Source: Macrostomum hystrix
Taxonomy: Eukaryota; Animalia; Platyhelminthes
Assembly: GCA_950097015.1 (NCBI GenBank)
Contig: CATNEN010000031.1
Coordinates: 3,348,001 to 3,412,000, forward strand
DNA: 64,000 nucleotides
Reading direction: 5' to 3'
Shown: in pieces, positions 48,612-59,622 of the stretch
Position numbering within the stretch: the first letter of the stretch is position 1
How the letters are laid out: each line of letters starts with the position of its first letter
Notes under the pieces: generated by a model
Databases searched by the model: none
What the model was told of the DNA's origin: nothing
The model's input: only the letters and a program-made list of their open reading frames with translations
Translations under genes and position numbers: made by a program

Positions 48612-49448
48612 TCAGGTTTTCGGGCTGCGATGCTGCAAATCTCGCAGCGGCCGTCTGCGTCGGCGCAGTGGCCGCATGGCCTCGATGGGTGCATCCGGTG
48701 GGGTGGGGGGCATGTCTATTGCCCAGAACTGGGCGTCGTGATTCAGCTTCGGCTGGTTGCTTCTATGTCTGCCCGCCAGCTGCAGACGCTTTCTACGGCT
48801 GTCGGGTGACATACCTGCATACCAGCCTTCACACTCCGGGCAGCAATGGGCCTCCAGTTCCATTCGGTCGGCTTGTCGGCGGCAGACGTACACGCTCGCT
48901 GGACCGGCGGCCTTCTTCTCTGGAAGCCGGTTGTAGTCAGCTTTCATTTCTGCCGCTGACTTTCCAAAGAAAAGGCCACCTGGTCGGCCGACGAACACAA
49001 GGTCTCCAGCAGCAGCTCCGGCGGCAGCCGATCCGGCGACATCAGCAGGGGCTCCGGTGACTGCAGCAGCTCCGGCGGCATCAGCAGGGGCTCCAATGGC
49101 AGCATCAGACGGAACGTTGTCTGAGCCGTCGTCTAAATGCAGGGGTCCGGACCATTGGCCAGTGGATGCCGCCAATGGACGCCGGGGCGTCACGCTTTCG
49201 GCCTGATGCTGCAGATTCGGCCATGCGCCTGACATTACCTGCGTTGATGGTAGCTCGTCTGAAGCGCAAAGTGCTCGGTGGTATCGCAAAGCCAAACTGG
49301 AGTGAAAAACAGGCGACGTCGGTCGACTCTGGCTGCCTTCGCGAAGCCGGTGCAGCTCGGCCCGCAGCATCTTGTTGTCTTCAGATAACGCGGTACAGAC
49401 TGGGCAACTAGCGGCGTGCGTCCAGTGGTCCTTTGTGGCTGGCGTGGA
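48612..49448 (-). CDS. Transposon-borne CtIP/Sae2 (SAE2 C-terminal domain)-like protein, at least 278 aa; short first exon upstream not fixed
   Basis: CRRQADRMELEAHCCPECEGWYAGMSPDSRRKRLQLAGRHRSNQPKLNHDAQFWAIDMPPT aligns without gaps to the CtIP C-terminus as I recall it ([61 protein letters not shown]). N-terminal CPVC plus short coiled coil after acceptor ttttcag. Confidence 0.85.
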   Translation of the reverse strand, partial: STPATKDHWTHAASCPVCTALSEDNKMLRAELHRLREGSQSRPTSPVFHSSLALRYHRALCASDELPSTQVMSGAWPNLQHQAESVTPRRPLAASTGQWSGPLHLDDGSDNVPSDAAIGAPADAAGAAAVTGAPADVAGSAAAGAAAGDLVFVGRPGGLFFGKSAAEMKADYNRLPEKKAAGPASVYVCRRQADRMELEAHCCPECEGWYAGMSPDSRRKRLQLAGRHRSNQPKLNHDAQFWAIDMPPTPPDAPIEAMRPLRRRRRPLRDLQHRSPKT

Positions 49449-49984
49449 CTGAAAATAGAAGGTCTTCTATATAGAGCCGAAGTATATTTTCTACACACGT
49501 CAGAGTATTGATGTGAGACGTGAGCTCAACATTTTCTGGGAATTTGAGTTTGATTAGGGTGTGGATTCTGGTGGCAACGTATGGAATGGATTATGCGACA
49601 CGGGAAGAACCGTCCATGGCCATGAATCGAAGTTGTAATAGTTTCAAATCGAGGAGCGCAGTTTATTTTGTTTTAGTACTACGTACACACGACATCCAGC
49701 AAATGAAGTAATTACAGACAGCCAACATGATGATTATAAAAAATAACATTACCGCTACATGGGAAAACGTGACTAATAATTGGGCATAATTAAGCATCCT
49801 CTTAATTCGTGCTGCAGTGTAAAAAAGTTAGTTTAAAGCAACAGAAAACTGTATCCAGACAGCGATATAACAGGAAATGTGAATCGGGAGACTCTTGACG
49901 CATTGGGCTTCAATGTCTACTGAGAGCGGTGCTAGGGAAGTGTGTATGAGCAGGGAGCGTGCTATGAGAAGAAAGGAAACAGAG

Positions 49985-52733
49985 TCAGTGGTAATTGAGC
50001 TGCGAATAGGGTAGCAGCGCGATTTTACCAGCCGTCAATACACACGATCCGACAATATCACGCACAGGCACACGGGATGCGTTCCAGGTTGTCGCAGGGC
50101 CGAACGGATTGCCCAGAAGCCGGCGCACGTGAGCGAAGCGACAACCGCGCTCTTCTGTCGTCGCACGCACACGACACAGCGACTCTAGTGGTTCGAAATA
50201 GTCGTCTTCTACGGGGAGTATGTCGACCGTCATCTCCACGTCCTCACCGTCGACATTGATAGCAGCCACACGTGCAAATGCGAACGATGTCTGGTCAAAC
50301 TGTCGTTTAATGGCTACAAAGCTGCTGCACGATCGTCTGCACTTCTCGTTGTCCGCATCCAATTCTGGATTGAAGACTTCGACCTCGAAGCCGGACTGCA
50401 GTGTGGCTGTCTGCCAGCCATCGACCATATGTTTAGGTCGCTTCAGAACAACATTGCCGCAGACGATTGACTCTGTGAGCATCGCACGCATCTGGCCACC
50501 GAGTTCTGCATTGTCGCCAAAAGTAGAGGCCTGCGCCTGAATGGCAGCAAACTCGCGTTCAATTGCGCCGACCAATTCGATGTCTGTCCGGCGGGTCCCA
50601 TGCAGTTGGTCTCTCAGTCGAACGTGCATTGACTCAAAGAGACCAGCCGACAGCCTGTGCAGTGGCCCGGCGAGCAACACGGAGGGCAGCATATGGCAAC
50701 AAACTTGATGCGCATTGTAAGTCAGGGCTCTTAGAGAGTACAACCGCGGCAAGTTGGCATGGAAATGCCTGAGAGACGTCTCCACGTGACGCAGCTCGGA
50801 CTTCGGCGCGCTATCAAGGCACATCCAGAAGACGGCAGAGGACAGGATCAGCAGGTGCCAATAGTGTTCGTCGGGTAGAAACTCCTCGAGAACTAAAGGT
50901 GCGTTGGCCAGAATGTAGATAGCCAGTTCGTGACCCCGAAGGTGCCGGACGTCAGTCAGTCCTCGGACATTATGGCGCTGAACACAGCGGGGCACTCGAA
51001 TGAGATCCATTCTCGTCTTAATGACCCTTATGCGAGCATGCAAATCGGGACAATTAGTCGGACCCTTGTCTGGTTTTTCAGCGCGCACAAGGAATAGTTG
51101 AAATAGCATGTAGCGCACAAGACCAGAGCAGAGTTGATGAAGAAAACATGGCGGGGTTCCCCGTATGATGTCGAAACCGTACAAGCGAGTAAGTGGCGAA
51201 CATCCGCGCACGCCCAATGTATCGGTTAGAAACGTGCGTCCTTGCTGAGCATGATACTCAGCCAAATGCTGGGTGTCATGCGCCGAGCGTACTACCGTCT
51301 GTTCACAGCCTAGGCGACGCGCATCATTCTGCATAGCAGGCGTGATGTCAACGTCGTAGACGCGACCAGAGCGGGATGGGTGCAGAGCTGTTCGAATATA
51401 GCATTTGTCGCAGCCATACGTTGCGGAGAAACGTCTCAGACTCAGAGCGTCGGCACGCGCGGGTGCGTCAAACATAGCAATTAGTGTGTGTACACGTAGA
51501 CGCCGTCGAACGTTGTGGCTGTCGATGAACTGGATGCCATCAATACGAAGAGCATTTAACTTATCCACCACGATCGGCATAAACGCCGCAGGATGTAGCT
51601 TCTTCTTTGAGACATAGGCGGCTACCTTCATCACAAACCGCAGTTTAAATGGATCTGCTATTTCGTTTATGCTAAGATAGACAGGGTAGACCTCAGTGCA
51701 GCTGGTCGTACGCAAGGGAAAGCCGTCTCCACAGATCATTCCAGAGAGATCGCTGCGACTTCCCGGGTCTATGCCCTCAACAAAGACCTTATACAGTTCG
51801 CTGTTCACCATGTGGATTGTTTCGGTACTGACTTGCTGGTCAATAGGAAAGGTGGCATGCTCCAACAACTGGCGGTGCAATACCAGTGTCCGTAGCTGTC
51901 TCTGGACGTCGAAGTCCCAGAAGTTGCCGATGTTTACCGATCCACATTGGGGGCACTGATCCCGTTCGGAGTCGCATTGTTGGCCAGGAAAATTCGAGTG
52001 ACAGTCGTTGCACACTGTCGAGCACCTCGAACTGTGCATAACTGACTGCGCCGATGAAATGGCTTCGCGGGCTGCTCGACCACCTTTGGGCAACGCGTTT
52101 CCGGGAACCAAACGGTGCAGCAGACGCAAAATTCTGGTCACGCCACCACGGGATACTTTCAGGTCGGTGGCGCATGACAGGATCTCGCTAAGCGCCTCTC
52201 CAACGGTTCGTGGCAGTGCGGGATGCCAGGGACGCAGCAACTTGACATCGAGTGCATGTTCATCTTCGTGAGCAGCGTCGTCGCCTTCAAAGAGAAGAAA
52301 TGTTGGTAGCGATTTTGTGCCTCATCGTATTCTGTCACAGAGTGCTAATAATGGCCTGTTGTTACGTTGGTATACCACACTTACCAGCTTCACCGTCATC
52401 GGATTCGGAGTCGCCCTCCTCGGAGGTCTCGCTGCGCTTGTTAGCGTCGGCGTCATCGTCAGTGTCAGCGGGGCTGACATCAGAGTCGCCCTCGTCGGAG
52501 GTATCGCTGTGCCTGTCAGCGTCAGCGGGGCTGGCATCAGAGTCGCCCTCGTCGGAGGTATCGCTGTGCCTGTCAGCGTCAGCGGGGCTGGCATCAGAGT
52601 CGCCCTCGTCGGATGTCCTCCTACGCCCGTCACATAGAGGAGAGCGTGAGCATCTGTTAAGGCGAGCCTGAACGCGCTTGCGGTTCATGTACCTGCGCAT
52701 GTAGAGGCGAGGATGTAGGGACGAGTCTTCCAT
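49985..52733 (-). CDS. CACTA/EnSpm DDE transposase (Transposase_21-like); join(52733..52385,52284..49985), 882 aa, uninterrupted
   Basis: D1 in ICGDGFP..YPVYLSINEI; D2 in MFDAPARA...GCDKC; H-x4-H in YNAHQVCCH; E in SAGLFESM. N-terminal Cys cluster CNDC...CPQC. GT-AG phase-1 intron. Confidence 0.93.
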
Positions 52734-53129
52734 TGCCTTTTTATTTCTTTTACGAGTCTTCCATTGCCTTTTTATTTCTTTTACTCCGGCAGCTGATTTC
52801 TTGGTATACGCTGAAACATGTTATTATACATAGATTTCTAAGACGGAATACTAGACTTGTAAAAATTTGTAATGCTCTAAGCTGTACCCTTAGGTTGGTA
52901 CCCTGAAACCTTTTTATCTGTTCATACCCATGTCTTTATAGCCACAATTTGGAGATTAAGCGTATATCTAGGTGACTGAGAAAGGAAGCGAATAATACGA
53001 ATTTTTGCTAGTCACTGTGATTACAGAGACTATAGTGATGAAATTTTTCACAGCGTTTAAATTTATTTGTGATTAAATTTATGACAGCCATTACAGTGAT
53101 TACATTTTGTGACACTGATGAGGCGGATG

Positions 53130-53629
53130 GTTTTACCGGACAGGAATTAGACGCATCTAAAATGTAGTCCTTTAGCCATAGTTATATTTGGCTGTTCACC
53201 ACGGACATCAGTTTGTGATTAAATCATTCTGCTGTACAGCATTGCTTAACAGGGATTACTGCCGCTCTTTGTCCGGTTCCCGCTCCTGCTTTTATCCGGT
53301 TGAGTGCGTACGAATCACCGGAAGAGAAAGCGGACCACTTTCCGGGCAAAATTCGATCTTCATCCGGAGTTAATCCGGATCTGAGCCCGGTTCTTGTACG
53401 TTTTTTGGACAGACAAGCAACCGGAAAAAAATTCGGATGAAAACCGGACTAAAATCACTAACATTAGGCCACTTTATCCGGTTTTGGTCCGTAAAGTGGT
53501 CCGCTTATTTGCCGGATACTTAAAACCGGAGCGAAACCGGACGAAATTCTGGTTCATCCGGAAATACCCCCCAAAACGGATTATTCCGGACCAAATCCGG
53601 ATGAAATCCGGACCAAAAAGCCAGGCGGG
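53130..53629. repeat. Right CCGG(A)-rich subterminal repeats and TIR
   Basis: Dense tccgga/accgga motifs ending in ccaaaaagccaggcggg. Confidence 0.9.
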
Positions 53630-53723
53630 AAATGTGGCCTCGCCGCGGAATCGAGCTCAGCAACCTCGGTGCGAGAGGCATACGCGTCAACCGCTGTGCC
53701 ACCCAACCCCTAACACCCTCCAG

Positions 53724-56408
53724 CGTGCAGAACCGGCGAGGCCAAGGTGACCAAAGGCTACCGCCTGCCAGCCCGTTTCGTCATTCACACTGTCGGGCCG
53801 CGCTACAACGCCAAATACCGCACTGCGGCTGAGAGCGCATTGTACAACAGCACCCGGGCTGTGCTGGAACAGGTGCTAGAGTGCGGCGTTGACACGCTGG
53901 GCTTCTCGCCGATTCACACCAGCAAGCGCGGCTACCCGCCGGAGGAGGGCGCCCACCTCACCCTCCGCTGCCTTCGCCGCTTCCTGGAGCGCCACGGTCA
54001 CGGCCTCAGCCGGCTGGTCGTGTCCACCGGCGGTCCGAATGGCGCCTGCTATGCGGAGCTGGCCGCTCTGTACTTTCCCCGCTCTAATGCCGAATTGTGC
54101 AAATCGCAGGCTGCTCTGGCTGGGACCAGCCTGGGCGGCCCGATGGGCGAGCCAGTGCACAAGGGTAGGGGCATTCGCATCGCCGCTAACCCGCTGGGCG
54201 AGCAATGGTAGGTTGACTGTCCCCGCTACAGACTGACTACTTATAGTCGAGCGCAAGACATTTTATTTGTTTTCTGAGGGTTGGCCCTCATAGGCATAAA
54301 CTGCACGACAAGCCCCGTGTCTTCTCTTCGCAAATGCGCCCCAAGATCTGATAAATTTTTTTGAGATTTTAGTTGCTCAGATGGGGATCTGAGTGGGCTG
54401 TTTGGGATTCTAGTTGTCAATCTGGGATCTGAGTGGACTGTTTAGGATTTTAGTTGTCAATCTGGGATCTGAGTGGGCTGTTTGGGATTCTAGTTGTCAA
54501 TCTGGGATCTGAGTGGACTGTTTAGGATTTTAGTTGTCAATCTGGGATCTGAGTGGACTGTTTAGGATTTTAGTTGTCAATCTGGGATCTGAGTGGGCTG
54601 TTTGGGATTCTAGTTGTCAATCTGGGATCTGAGTGGACTGTTTAGGATTTTAGTTGTCAATCTGGGATCTGAGTGGACTGTTTAGGATTTTAGTTGTCAA
54701 TCTGGGATCTGAGTGGGCTGTTTGGGATTCTAGTTGTCAATCTGGGATCTGAGTGGACTGTTTGGGATTTTAGTTGTCAATCTGGGAATCTGAGTCGGCT
54801 GTTCGGGATTCTAGTTTTCTGGTGGAAGAACATGATTCAAAAAGCGCTCCTTTTTACCACAGTGACAGCTCCCGCGAGTCTAGCCCGTCGCCGCCGCCCT
54901 CCGACGCAATCGGCGGGCCCGACGACGACTCCGCCCCGGTGGCAGCCGTGGCCGCAACCGCATTTTTCGACCCGGAATTTCGCGGTAGTCAGCGGGACTC
55001 CTCGCTATCTGTGTCCGGCGTTGGCTCGCACGCCTTCGCCCGCATGGAGCAGCACCCGGATAGCGACGCCAGTAGGCGGAAGAAGCGCCAGATTGGCGCC
55101 GATGCGCGCCAACCTACTGACGTAATTCGCGCTGATCGCCTATTGGCTTGCGAGCGCCGCTACGATCGCTGGCTGCAGCGGGCCAGGTGAGAGTCCGCAT
55201 GATTGCATCAGCTAGTCACAATTCCCTATCCTGTAACCATGATTCAGATTTCTCCCTGATCAGGATTCGATCTCCAGACCACTGGTGCTATTATTCCACA
55301 GGCAGCAGATCCGCAGTTCAGCAGAGAATCTCAGCCGACTGCACGCAGCTCGCTGCCTATTCCACAGCGGCCACGACATCCACGGCAGGCCAGTGATAGT
55401 GGCCATCGGCTCCCGGATGCCGCCGCAGTCAGAGCGCAACTACGAAGACCTGGCTCTGCTGGTCTTGGGCGTACTCGAGCCGTTGATCAGCCAGCCCTAT
55501 GTGGTGCTGTACGCCCACTGCGGCTACGATGCGCTGCCGCATACCGCCTTTCTTAAGGTCAGAAACTCATTTCAAACAGCACCATCGGATCCGTAGCTTA
55601 ACAACTGAAATCCCAAACATCCCAGTAAGATCCGTAGCTTAACAACTGAAATCCCAAACAGCACCATCGGATCCGTAGCTTAACAACTGAAATCCCAAAC
55701 AGCACCATCGGATCCGTAGCTTAACAACTAAAATCCCAAACAACACCATCGGATCCGTAGCTTAACAACTGAAATCCCAAACATCCCAGTAAGATCCGTA
55801 GCTTAACAACTGAAATCCCAAACATCCCAGTAAGATCCGTAGCTTAACAACTGAAATCCCAAACATCCCAGTAAGATCCGTAGCTTAACAACTGAAATCC
55901 CAAAAAGCCCTCTCAGATCCCTAGTTTAACAACTGAAATCCCAAAAGGCCCTCTCAGATCCCTAGTTTAACAACTGAAATCCCAAAAAGCCCTCTCAGAT
56001 CCCTAGTTTAACAACTAAAATCCCAAAGAGCCCTCTTATATCCCCAAATTGACAACTGCGATCCCAAACAACCCGCGCCAGAACTGTACAATTATTTTAT
56101 ACGAAAGTGTGTACACAAATCTTCTTCAAGTGCTTCAGTGAGTTTGTATAAAAACCTGAGAATAAAAGTCCCAACCAATGAAGGAGCTTCGCGACCTGCT
56201 CACTGGCGAGCCGCGCTGGGGGGCCAACCTGGCCTGCCTCATCCATCTGCACGCAGACCGGCGAACTCGCCTTTTTTGGTGGTGGTTCGCCAGGTTCACG
56301 GCGGCCGGCCTCAACCAGCAATTCGCCGACTGCCTGCAGGACATCTTCCATCTGGTTGGGCCGGACCAGCTGGACTTGCCCGACTCCGTGTACGAGCTCG
56401 ACCGGCGG
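53724..56408 (+). CDS. GDAP2: GDAP2 exons 3-6: 53724..54207, 54863..55186, ~55302..55557, 56184..56408 (possible last exon from 57545)
   Basis: CRTGEAKVTKGYRLPARFVIHTVGPRYNAKYRTAAESALY...RGYPPEEGAH (macro domain); SHAFARME; CRAL-TRIO-like GHDIHGRPVIV...PYVVLYAH and PDQLDLPDSVYELD. Confidence 0.92.
54360..54815. repeat. Minisatellite, 40-bp unit (alternating A/B variants), GDAP2 intron 3
   Basis: tctgggatctgagtggactgtttaggattttagttgtcaa x ~11. Confidence 0.95.
55575..56065. repeat. Minisatellite, 41-bp unit, GDAP2 intron 5; reverse-complement relative of the intron 3 array
   Basis: aacaactgaaatcccaaa(a/c)agccctctcagatcc versus reverse complement of the intron 3 unit gacaactagaatcccaaacagcccactcagatcc. 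Confidence 0.92.
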
Positions 56409-56409
56409 G

Positions 56410-56760
56410 TAATAATAATAATAATGATAATAATTGCAGCAGGGCTGTAGGCAATGGTACATAACATCATTTTGTGACAGTAGACCCGCACCCAGCGAGG
56501 AGGCAATTCTGCCCATTTCGCTGACTCCTGAGCACACACAGATACTGTACGCATGCACGCATACGCTCACGCATTTCTCATCGTCAGGCAGTGTACACTC
56601 TGTGCCTTGGAAGTTTGCCCTTTAAGGGCGTAAATTTTACGACATGCCCACGAGCCTTCTCACCGCGGCTGCGCCCCAAATGAATGTGGCCTCGCCGCGG
56701 AATCGAGCTCAGGGACCTCGGGGCGAGAGGCAAACGCGTTAGACTGCTCTGCCACTCACC
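56410..56760 (-). mobile_element. SINE family A, full length
   Basis: Same head, body and (ATT)n tail as the 32046 copy. Confidence 0.87.
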
Positions 56761-58980
56761 CTGCTTAGGTTGTAGCCTAGGGGGTTGAAGCCAGTGGTTA
56801 GTGCATCAAACATACGACTTAAAGTTCGGTGGTTCTATTTCCGGAGCCAGTCAGTTTTTATTTTTAATGCATTACATTTTTAGGTTGCCAAGGAGACTAA
56901 AAGCGTCGGGCCTGTTGGAAAATTGTCGAATGCTGGGCCGGACGATCGCAGTTCAGCTCCAGATGAAGCCCTTTAAACTTTTACCAGTGACTCAGTGCTG
57001 ATTTGAAATCGATACTTAAGTAGGCCACAGAATTCAGACTTGTTTTTTACGTTTAATTTGCATAATTGCATATAAGTACTCCAGCCAGCCTTGATCTTGA
57101 GCCTTGATCTCCCTGTGATTAAATTTCCACTATTCAGTTATTCTTTGTAATAGCATACATTTATTGTTCTTTTTAAAACAAATTTAAAGATAATTTTGTT
57201 CCGGCATTCCACTGTTGGCTTTTTATTCGCTGAAAACGTAATTCTTTAATTCGGCAGTATATTGAACTCTTATGCATGCTCGCGTGTGACTTTCATTTTA
57301 TAAGAAAATCTAGATTTATATTTTTATTTTAAGCGCACTTCAAAATGAAATACAAGTACTTCAAATAGACTAAGACATATAGATTTTTTAGTTCATTAGA
57401 ACATACATAAACCAAAAATTATTTACTCGCTAAACTGGACTACTTAGTTTAAGTATACAAAAACATGTTTTATTTTGTACTGTTGCATGTAACTGCACCA
57501 AATCTTAGCAATACAAGCTGTTAATACTTTTTTACGTTTTTCAGGCCAATCGCGATTATAGAGGTGCTATGGATTCCATACTTTATATGATGAAAATTTC
57601 CCAGACATATTGCTAAACAACAAAACATTAAAGCCACTTGCTATCAAGAATGTGTTGAACAATATGTGATACAAATATTCATCACCTACAATTTGGTAGT
57701 TTCGAATTGAAACTTTCGCAGAGAAACAATTACATCTGATGTCGTGTTTGATAGCATGTATAATAACAACGTGATGCGATTTTGACGGTGTAATTAAGGG
57801 ATTTTTTTTTCTTACAAAAAGTTTTTTTACAGTTATTCTTCACGCATAATTCCTTTTCCGGGATAAAGCACAGAAACATAATACAAAAGACTTAATGCGT
57901 CATAAATTCAGAGATACGAGTACTTCCCAGAACCTGCGTAGGGCTGCGCTGCTCACACTTAGGCGAGGCGAAGGCAAAAGCATCGCGCACATTCGTAAAT
58001 ATGACTTAAGGCACGGCTTCTGACCAGCACAATATAATGTCAATACAGTGTACTATTTAAAAAGTTCATTTTTCCGAATTTTTGTCGCAGCATACTGACC
58101 AGTTAGCATCATTTTGATATGGTATGTCTAATAGTATATTTTTTAGAAAACACTGACTCGTCAATTGCAGTCTCCAGTCGGAAAACAAATGCGATTGTAG
58201 ATACGAAATGTATGCTTAAAATGTAGAGTAATAAAGTTTTTTTAAGTCTTCTTTAAAAGTAAATGAAAACTATGATTCTTGAATAGGCTTATAAGCATTA
58301 ATTACTTGAATTGAATAAACAGTGCACAAACGTATTTGGTAAAAAAAATACTGTAGTTAAAGGAGCTAGATTTGATTGTGTGCTTGTATTTAAAATAAAA
58401 AGATTTTTTGTGAGAAAAAATACATGTAGGCCCTATACTAAGCCGAGCTCTTATTGCTTTTTGGAACTTGGTTTTATACTGACGTTTTATCTTGGAAAGT
58501 TAACAACTTAAAAATATAAGAAATAAGAATACGGCACGCAATTTTATAATACACACTAACAGCGTTTAAGAAGCATGTGTAACCAATAAGCATTGGTTAT
58601 GTATTAATAGATTGTTTAAGCCTTTTAGTCAGTATATTAACTTACTTTAAGAAATTAAAGTGAAAACGAATATCTAAAAATGGAAGTTCTAAGGTCGTTT
58701 TAAGGTGGCAACAGCTAGTGCTTTCTCATGTCATGAGTCTCGTGGTCATGACATTAGTAGGCCTACCAAAGAAGCACCACATTTCTAACACTGGTACACT
58801 TCCCCTTCTCCTTTTAATTGCTCCTATAATCCCATAATAGCCCCTCCCCTAGCTCTTGAATGGTTCCCTAATTACGCACTGCAATATTTTAATTAAGGCC
58901 TAGCCTAGGCCCCTATCTGAAATAAAATGTAAATCAACAAGTTAGGCCTAAGACAAAATAGGCTTAGACAATTTGTAATA

Positions 58981-59622
58981 GGGTAATGTATCATCAACCA
59001 AACAAGAATGTGTATTTTTTTAACTTCAAATCTAAGCTACAGATTTTCTAATTAATATATGATGATAAATCATAAGCCAAGTTATAGAAAACTGTTACAT
59101 ATTTCTAAAAAGTATCTGCTTTTGTTATTTTGTTAAATAGAAAAAAGCTATTCCTGCTTTTCATCTAAAACCAAACAATGATTTTCATGTTTCTTCAAAT
59201 GAAATGGAGAATTTGATGTTTGGTTTTACAATTTGAGTGAGTGATTTTATCTTATTTTAAGGAGTGAACTATCATGAATTATGTCATTTGAAAGCATTTT
59301 TCGTGCTCTATAAATAACTTTATTTATGGTCATTTAATTGGCAAGCAACTACATATAATCTTCGTCTAAAGTACACACTGAAAAAATGTTGTTAAAAAGT
59401 ATGCTTTTGCAATAAAAATTTCTACTGAAACATCAATATCTTTCTTTCCTCTTAATGCTTCATTGCATATCATGCCTCAGCTTGTAGATAATTTCTTTGA
59501 CTTTCAAATTAGTTGTTCTGTGAAACACAATAGCTTGTTTCTGTCTTGCACGAGACCAGGGAAGGAGTCAAAATTCTTGTTCGGTTTTGAAGATACACTG
59601 TTTGGTTGATGATACATTACCC
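58981..59622. mobile_element. TA-flanked MITE, copy 2 (642 bp)
   Basis: TIRs gggtaatgtatcatcaacc / ggttgatgatacattaccc; the empty site gtaaTAttgtg is present as an inverted copy at ~60860. Confidence 0.9.

Larger units (their letters stand above)
45240..53629 (-). mobile_element. Full-length CACTA/EnSpm (CMC superfamily, animal CCC-type) DNA transposon, 8,390 bp, three genes
   Basis: TIRs cccgcctggcctttttagtccgga / cccgcctggc-tttttggtccgga; AA TSD (45238-9 and 53630-1); about 20 CCGG motifs in each subterminal region; DDE transposase. The empty site can be reconstructed from other SINE copies. Confidence 0.95.

Noticed and set aside
48612-49448. Treating the CtIP-like ORF as the ordinary host CtIP/RBBP8 locus
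   Set aside because: It lies between matched TIRs with a TSD inside another gene's intron, is far shorter than typical metazoan CtIP and lacks the CDK site. Orthology still needs a tree.
57545-57616. Terminal GDAP2 exon ANRDYRGAMDSILYMMKISQTYC*
   Set aside because: The phase fits but there is no recognisable similarity to the GDAP2 C-terminus, so it was left out of the gene model pending transcript data.
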